Assembly: GCF_009914755.1 (NCBI RefSeq)
Contig: NC_060925.1
Direction: 5' to 3' (one strand)
DNA length: 64,000 nt
Source: the human T2T-CHM13v2.0 reference genome, Homo sapiens
This document shows, one piece after another, positions 52,978 to 64,000 of the stretch (its first letter is position 1; each line of letters starts with the position of its first letter). Position numbers and translations under genes: made by a program. Below the pieces are notes generated by a model, which was given only the letters and a program-made list of their open reading frames with translations, ran no database searches and was not told the DNA's origin.

Positions 52978-54758
52978 GGTACCAATCTGTCCACCACCAT
53001 GTCACACCAACATGTCCTCCATTTCCTTGGTGAATGCTTGACAGTATCTTTCAGTGCCAAATCTGCTCCTTGACAAAACCATAAAAGCCACAAAGTTAAT
53101 GTCCTACTGCTGCCTGTCCCCTGCTCCTGAGATCCCTGCCCCGGGATCCTCCATGCTTATCGTCTCCTTTCTGACCGGGCACTTCTTGTCACAAGGCCAG
53201 GGCTGGCCAGCCTCGTGTAACCTCAGCTTCCTCTTCACCATGGTAGAGAGATAAAAGTCCCTGCTTTTAGACAGTGCACTTAGCCTGCTCAAAGGAACTG
53301 CTCCATAAACACTACTATTACTTACCATTAACTTACAACAAAAAATGAACCAGGCACTTGGTAAGGTGTTTGTATTTTACTCATCCCAGAGGAATTTGCA
53401 CATTTAAATATCGTCTCTTTCCCTCCATCTTCTTCCCCAAGTTACCTTTCCTGAAAGTGGGATGATGTTTAAAACAAAGCGATGGAATTTGAGGGGTACA
53501 ACCCCTACAGTTCTGTCCAAATTCACTTCTCTAAACTCATGTTCTCCCTCCACTCCACCCTAAACCCTGGCCTCCTGAGGCAACGAAGTTTGCCTATCTG
53601 GAACCATTTTCTGAAGCTGGATGGCAGACGGGGAGCCTCAAGAGGGAAGAAAAGAATGGCAAACTTTTCATTGGCCCAGTGGCCGGCCTCATAAATCATC
53701 ATTCATAATTAGAATTATTTATTCCCAAATCACCATCCCAAGCCCCAGTTTCCCCTGTACCTAAAGCTCTTTTCACTTCTAGTTCAAGAGAGTCTTGCCC
53801 CCTCTCTGCGTCTCAAAAGTGATCTCTTCTCTTCCTCTAAACTCACCTGAAGCTTTCACCAAGTATGCTGGCCGGTTCTGCTTCCTACCCTATTGCCTAC
53901 CAAAAGGAGATAATTCCAGCCCCTCTTTCTGAGATAGGGTGTTAATGAATCCTTACTGAGGCACAGACCTCTGGCCTCCTGCAGAGAGGTCCTCCTGGAA
54001 GTGCCCTGGGGACTCTGGAGACCTGGCCTCCCAGCAGCCACTCCCTCTGCTTTTAAGAGGAAGCTTTAGCCTGAGAAAGTTTGACTCCTTCCTGAAAGCT
54101 GCACTTATTTCAGCTAGGCTGGGCTCAGGTTTCAGGGCTCAGGGACTCTTTCTCTCCCTTTCTCCTTCCCAAGACTGAAATGCAGCTGCCCAGAAGTGCT
54201 GAGGAGGACACAGAGTCGGCTTCCTAGGCACAGGCCCAGCTCTGTCCCCTTTCCTTGTGCTGGGACCTTGAGTGGAGGGGAGGAGTCAGGGAGCCTCAGG
54301 GAGGCAAAGCAGGCCACACATCGAGGGAAGCGGCTGGGGAGAGCTGACTCGCAGGAAATAGTTTCACCCCAGTGGTCCAGGCTGGGGTTCCCGGTAGCTC
54401 CTCCACCATTCTCCCCGCAACACCCAACCAGCTCTGCTTTTAAAAGGTGAACACAATCTTTCAGAAGCTGCAGCCCAAGCCCTTTCTGGCCCTGGCGAAC
54501 CTTCCCCATTCCCCTCTTGCCAAACATTTTTATACCAAAATAATTAGATAATTAATAATCATGTCAAATACTGTGTTTCTGGCACTCCATACTTTTTAAG
54601 CTTTGGAATCTGTGTGTAATAGATCTAAATAGCAGCCCACAAACTTGGCCAGGCAACAAACATCCCATTCTTGATTGTCTTTAAACCAATGTAATTCTAC
54701 TTCTGAGCCCCTACCCTCCTGAGTGGCAAGACATTTCAAGTCAGAATTACTGGGGTCT

Positions 54759-55056
54759 GGTTGGGCGCGGTGGCTCATGCCTGTAATCCCAGCACTTTAG
54801 GCGGCTGAGATGGGTGGATCACTTGAGGCCAGGAGTTTGAGACCAGCCTGGCCAACATGGTGAAACCCTGTCTCTATTAAAAATACAAACATTATCTGGT
54901 TATGGTGGTGCGTGCCTGTAATCCCAGCTACCCAGGAGGCTGAGGCAGAAGAATCGCTTGAACTTGGTGGGTGGAGGTTGCAGGAGCCAAGACTGTGCCA
55001 CTGCACTCCAGCCTGGGCGACAGATTGAGACTCCATCTCAAAAAAAAAAAAAAAAA
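54759..55056 (+). mobile_element. Alu SINE (AluS-like)
   Basis: Dimer with A tail. Confidence 0.93.
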
Positions 55057-55410
55057 AGAATTGCTGGCGGCTGGCATCCTTTCCCCCAACCCCAGGCTCA
55101 CCCCAGGTCCAGAAGGTCTGAGCAAAGCTTGGAAAACAGGAAAGGACCACTATGTTGTGATCCCTGCAAGTTTCCTCAGTGCCTCTCCAGTTCTGTGCCA
55201 TGGGACATGGACTTCTTTGCCAAGGCCAGCAGCCTCTGCCCAATGTCCCTTCCTCCTGTTTACCCCACCCCGTCCCCCTCAGGGTGTGGGAATGCATCTG
55301 ACTGCTTGCTCCTGGGACTCACGGTGCTTTTTTCATTTCTAGTTCAGGAGAGCCTTGCCCACTCTCTGCTTCTCAAAAGTGGTCTCTTCCCTTCCCCTAA
55401 ACTCACCATC

Positions 55411-55717
55411 TTTTTTGTTTGTTTGTTTGTTTCATTTCTGAGATGGGGTCTCCAGCCCAGGCTGAAGTGCAGTGGCATGATCTCCGCTCACTGCAACCTT
55501 CGCCTCCCAGGCATGGGCGACACTCCCACCTCAGCTTCGTGAGTAGCTAGGAACATAGGCATGCGCCGCCACGCCTGGCTAATTTTTTTTATTTTTTGGT
55601 AGAGATGGGGTTTCACCATGTCACCCAGGCTGGTCTCAAACTTCTGAGCTCAAGCAGTTTGCCCACCTCGGCTTCCCAAAGTGCTGAGATTACAGGCGTG
55701 ACCCACCATACCCGGCC
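55411..55717 (-). mobile_element. Alu SINE (AluJ-like)
   Basis: Reverse dimer; TSD aaactcacc(a/t)tc. Confidence 0.9.
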
Positions 55718-57779
55718 AAACTCACCTTCCTAATAGCCTGAAGCTTTCACCAAACATGCTGCCCCATTCTGCTTCCTATTCTGTCCAATGTCCCCGAAGT
55801 TTAGAGTTTTGAAACCTGGTGACCTGCTCAGAATGGGAGCTGGGGAGTGGAATTACACAGAGGGAGGCACCATGAATTAAACATCTCAGAAATGTATCCT
55901 GCCAAATGTGATTGCATTTTCGCACCACCCTGATAAAGTAGGTAGGACAAATATTAATATCCCCAAAAGGTAAATGAGGGAGCTACGTTATGAACTGACT
56001 TGGCAGTGAGTTTGTGGAAATACTAGAACACAAGTCCGGGCCTCCTACCTCTCAACGTAAGCTGCTGCTGCCAAAGCAAGCCTTTCTGAACTTTCCTGAA
56101 AGCTGCTGATAGCGCTCCAATGGCTGGTGTGTTTCAAGTGCTTATTGTGTGCAAGAAACTGAACTAAGCACTTTATGAGTAATAGTTTGATCAGTCTTTA
56201 CTCCAACTCTTTGAGGTAGGTGCTCTTGTCCCCATTTTACAGATGAGGGTGTTGAGGCACAGAGAAGGCAAGGACTCCGCTGGAAGTCACAGAGTTGATA
56301 ATTGCCACAGCCAGGATTTGAAACCTGCACTCTTAACTCCTCTCCTATAGTGAGTTTCCTAGTAACTTCAGCCCCTTCAGCGAAGAAGAAAGGAGTGATA
56401 AAGGAGTAACTGTATCAGCAATTTTGTTTAGCTTTCTGACTTCACCCAGCCTCCAACAAAAGAGGCTGCTTTCCAAAGTCCCAGGCTGCATTCATCCCTG
56501 CAAATTCATTGTTTCTTACCACCCACTCACCACCACAACGAATCTCCCCACAAGCTCAAACTCAAGGACACACCTCCCTCTGTCTGTCCCCCCTCCCAAC
56601 CCAAACTCAACAGCATCAGCTCTGAGAGAAAAAGTCGAAGGAGGAAGGCTCCCACCAGAGAGCCCGTGAGGCATCCAGTGGGGTGGAGAGGGGTTTGGCA
56701 GCCCCTCCCCTCCATCTGCTTCCAGCTGGGACACAGGATGCTAGGGAGGGGAGGCTCCCGTGGAGACAAAGGTCGGGGAGCCCAGAAGGGAGGAGGTGGT
56801 TAGGATGCTGGGGGTTTGGAGGTGGGGCTATTTACTGGGGGGGAGACAGCAATGTGCAGGAGTTACCCAAATGAAGCCCCCTCCTGCCTGACTGCAGCGG
56901 GGAGCCAACCTCCTGAGCCTGCGGGCAGAGAGGCCACAATTAAGGCAGAGGGAGGCCAGCTGGCCCTCAAAGCACCTTTCTCTTCACAAAACCGGCAGTG
57001 GTCTCATTTACAACTCATCTCCCAAAGGGCTTGGAGGTGCTTGGAGAACCAGAAACCCTGGTCCTCTAATTACCGGTGTGCATCTGGGAAAGTGAGTCAG
57101 CCACGTGAAAATGAGCAGCCCAGAGCTCCTTCCACCCCTAAAGGGCAAGGTCCTGATTTTTCCATCTCAGACTGCCTGGCACCCCTGAGGACCCCCTCTG
57201 CTGAAAGCTGTTTGTAGGTAACCTTCTCTGTGGTTTCTATAGACCTCCTCCTTCCTCTCAACATCTCCCTTCTGAACCCCTACAAACCAGTTATTGAAAT
57301 GTATGGTGCCCTTACTATGTACCAAATACTTATTCTATTTAATAACTCTGCACATTGCTGTCTTCCCCCAGTCACCAGATACTTCACGTGTCTTAAGTCC
57401 TCATGATAGGCCGACAAAGTTGAAATTATTTTTGTCCTCCTTCTGCAAATGAGGAAACTGAGGCAGAGAGGTTGAGTAACTTGCCTGAAGTCATCCAGCT
57501 AGTAAGTTTTGGAAAGGGGTTTTGAACAGGTGTCTGGTTCCTGGCCACTGCACTCTGCTCTCTCAGGGAGGCTTTGCTTTGGAGTGATGCAAAGAGGGAT
57601 GTGGGGCATGGAGCATAGGTTTGTCATTCCTATATAAATCATAATACTTGTAAATTATTTGGAATTCTTCTGTATGAGAGACTTGTCTGCTCTCCCCCAT
57701 TTATTCAGTGATTGATTTATATCACAATGTACTCATGGGAGTGTTTATCTTATACTCTGAGTTATAATTCAGTACTATG

Positions 57780-58506
<727 letters not shown>

Positions 58507-59479
58507 CTATGTTTTTTATTTTGTTGCTCAAATTAAATTTATTTTGTTGCACCCTTCGCCCAGTGGGGGTCTGGAGGGTGCTGCTCTAGCCTTTGGGACA
58601 GAGAAAGGAGAATGGTGGGCAGGGCTCCACTGCAGACCAGCTGGGCTGGCCTGTCTCCCCAGCTGTGATCGCAACGCCACACTTCTTGCGCCCATGCTTC
58701 TTTACTTCTCTGTACCTGACCCTCACCCTGGTTCAATCGCAAGTCTTGTTGCTTCTGCCTCTGAAATATTACATTGTCTTTCGTCCCCAGCCATTGTCCT
58801 ATTCACACCATCATCTCCTTCATGAATGTTTCCTGACTTCCCTCCTTCCAGTTCACCCCCATACACTCCTCTGGGGGTGCCTTCCTAATGCACAGCTGAG
58901 ACCATGTCACTCCCCAGAACAGAGACCTTCAGTGGCTTCTGCAGAATAACATCCTGATTTCGTATCCAGCATTTCAGGCCTCCACAATTGCACTTTCTCA
59001 CCTTTCTAGCTTCTCCTTTCTCTTCCCTACCCAAACCATCTGCCAGCATTTCCCTGAGGGAATTCTGTGAAACTTGTTAATTGGCATTACTTAAAAATAA
59101 AAGACCCTGTGGTCAAATAAATCTAGGAAACTCTGGGTTGAGAAAGGTTAAACAGATTTTCTGATTTGGAGTCTCTGAGACTTTGTATACTAATGGGGTT
59201 CGTGAGTCCCCAGGAATGGGTTTAAAATATGCAGAATCTCCCCAGCGTGTTTGTCCATGGGATCCTGCTTTGGCAGAACACTGGTAGGGCCAGCAGTCCA
59301 CGAGGCCATGTGGGAACATTGCTTCCTGTTCGGTCCAGCTGGACTCCTTGCTCTCCCCCGAGTCAGCCTCATTTTCTGGCCTCTGTGTCTTGGATTAAGC
59401 AATATCCCCAGCCTGGAAACACCTACTTCCTCCATCTTCACCTATAAACATCTTACCCATCCTTTAAGAATATTTTTCC

Positions 59480-60121
<642 letters not shown>

Positions 60122-60327
60122 CTACCGCAGCCACCAACCTCTTCTGAGGTTCTTTTGAACCTTTGTGACAATGCCTCTGATGGCATTCACTGGCTGAAAC
60201 TATTTTAGCTTTTTTCTCCATTTGTCTGACAGCAGTCCCCCACTCTCCCTGGTCAGGCTCTAAGAACCTTGGTGATAAGGGCAGTGTCACTCATTATCTT
60301 ATTTTCTTTAGCATCTACTACATATTG

Positions 60328-60573
60328 TAGTTCTCCTTGGCATACTCAAGGGATTGGTTCCAGGACCACTGACTTATAACCAAATCTGTGCATAGTCAAG
60401 ACCCGCATTCAGCTCTGCAGAACCTACGTGCTATGAAAAGTTGGCCCTTGGTGTAGGCAGTTTTCACATCCCGGGAATACTTTATTTTCATTACATGCAA
60501 GGTTGGAAAAAAAAAAAAGTAATGTGTAAGTGGACCCACTAAGTTCAAGTCCATGGTGTTCAAGGGGCAACTG
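60328..60573 (+). mobile_element. MER8-like TcMar-Tigger MITE
   Basis: gggattggttccaggacc...gaaaagttggccct...taagtggaccc...gttcaaggggcaactg. Confidence 0.8.
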
Positions 60574-60614
60574 TGTATCAACCTGGCTGTGCCTCAGAAC
60601 CATCGATGTAATTT

Positions 60615-62563
<1,949 letters not shown>

Positions 62564-62590
62564 TATGCAGCTTTAAAAAACCCCAATTCT

Positions 62591-63048
62591 TAATACAAAA
62601 AATTAGCTGGGTGTGGTGGCGAGCGCCTGTAATCCCAGCTACTCGAGAGGCTGAGGCAGGAGAATGACGTGAACCCGGAAGTGGAGGTTGCAGTGAGCCA
62701 CGATCATGCTACTGCACTCCAGCCTGGGCGACAGAGCAAGACTCTGTCTCAAAAAAAAAAAAAAACCCACAACCCCAGTTCTGGCCGGGCGCGGTGGCTT
62801 ATGCCTGTAATCCCAACTGTTTGGGGAGGCCAAGGTGGGTGGATCACTTGAGGTCAGAAATTCGCACCTGGCCAACATGGTGAAACTCCATATCTACTAA
62901 AAATACAAAAATTAGCCTGGCATGGTGGTGGGCACCTGTAATCCCAGCTACTCAGGAGGCAGAGGTTTCAGTGAGCGGTGATCACGCCACTGCACCTCCA
63001 GCCTGGGCAACAGAGTGAGACTCTGTCTCAAAAACAAAACAAAAAAAA
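62591..63048 (+). mobile_element. 5'-truncated Alu (62591-62765) followed by an internally deleted Alu (62783-63048)
   Basis: Right arm plus A tail with TSD aacccca(a/g)ttct, then a second Alu with a shortened right arm. Confidence 0.88.
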
Positions 63049-64000
63049 CCTGGTTATTCTGAATCACAGTCTTTTAAGGCTGGGCCAAAGGCTACACTCC
63101 AAAGGCTGAGAAACACTGTAGCAAGCACTCAAATGCTTGCTAAATTTAATTGAGTTTAGAGAAACTCAGACCAGCCCCATCACAGATGTGCAGGATTTCC
63201 AGCCTTGGGGCTGTAAGGCAAATGAGCTCGCACCTTCCCCCAAGTGATGCTCTGTAGGAAACAGCTTGTAATCATTGAGAAGGTGTCCATTACCCCATGT
63301 TTGGGTGTTTCTGCTCATTTCCTCTGTATCTGGTTCCCTGAACACCTGATATTTCCTGATGTGAGGCCAGACTAACTGGGATCCGTTACCGCCTGTGGCA
63401 GAATCTTCGGTGACAGTCCCTGCCTGTCCCCCTTGGCCCAGCAGCCAGTACATTTTTCCTCTGTGGTGATAATCAGGGCATGTATGTGACTCTAAACCAA
63501 GTTCACAAGACTTGAAATGACTTACAGATCATTTTACAAATGAGGAGCAGGTCCAGGAAACATAGCCAGCTAGTGGCAGAGCAAGTAGAAGAACCTAATC
63601 TTCCTGTGCTCTTCGTATCCACTCTGAACCCCGTCCATTCTTCTGAATGCCCTGGGCTGGAATTGTGATGATACATGATGGATACATGGGAAACTCCTGA
63701 GCTGCATGTCTTTAAGGCCACTGTGAACTAAAATACCCCTGAATGCAGTCTTGGCTTGCTTTCTGCAGAATGTCCCTGTAAAGGGTACCTGAGACAGCTG
63801 CAGATCAACATGACAAGATGTTCTCAGCTCACTGCTTTTATTTCACACACATCTGAAGCTCCAGAGCCAGAGAAGAGGCTGTGGAGAGATGCATACCTAA
63901 TAAGCACCGAGGGACAGCTGCCTGGCCCTTCTAGATGGAAGGGAGTCATGTTGGTCCTCAGAGAAATCAAGGCACCCATCTTTAGCACCTTCACTCCTCC

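Larger units (their letters stand above)
53766..55778 (+). repeat. About 122-bp old direct duplication (53766-53887; second copy 55326-55778, split by an Alu)
   Basis: About 88% identity. The second copy is interrupted at aaactcacc by Alu 55411-55717. Confidence 0.85.

Overview
Human (primate) genomic DNA covering the 5' end of NAV1 (neuron navigator 1) on the + strand. It is Alu-, MIR- and L2-rich, with no prokaryotic features. The canonical first coding exon (ATG 26461, donor after 27217) sits in a CpG island and is followed by more than 36 kb of intron. Two upstream exons (641-1394 and 7192-7295) have consensus splice sites. They join in frame to an acceptor at 26425/26426 inside the canonical 5'UTR, adding 287 aa with several SxIP-type motifs and a NAV2/NAV3-like 'TATVAPFxYR' segment. 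The canonical exon is therefore a hybrid first/internal exon. As an internal exon it is 792 nt, phase 1-1 and skippable in frame, and it is preceded by a ~306-nt AG-free zone typical of a distant branch point. Non-coding highlights are: an excess of RFX X-box palindromes, including two tight pairs; five local non-tandem direct duplications of different ages (44-476 bp); a 1.8-kb Alu/CT composite enclosed by one 13-bp target-site duplication; and a candidate antisense terminal exon near 51 kb. Gene and repeat names come from sequence recognition, not database searches. Coordinates of old repeats are approximate.
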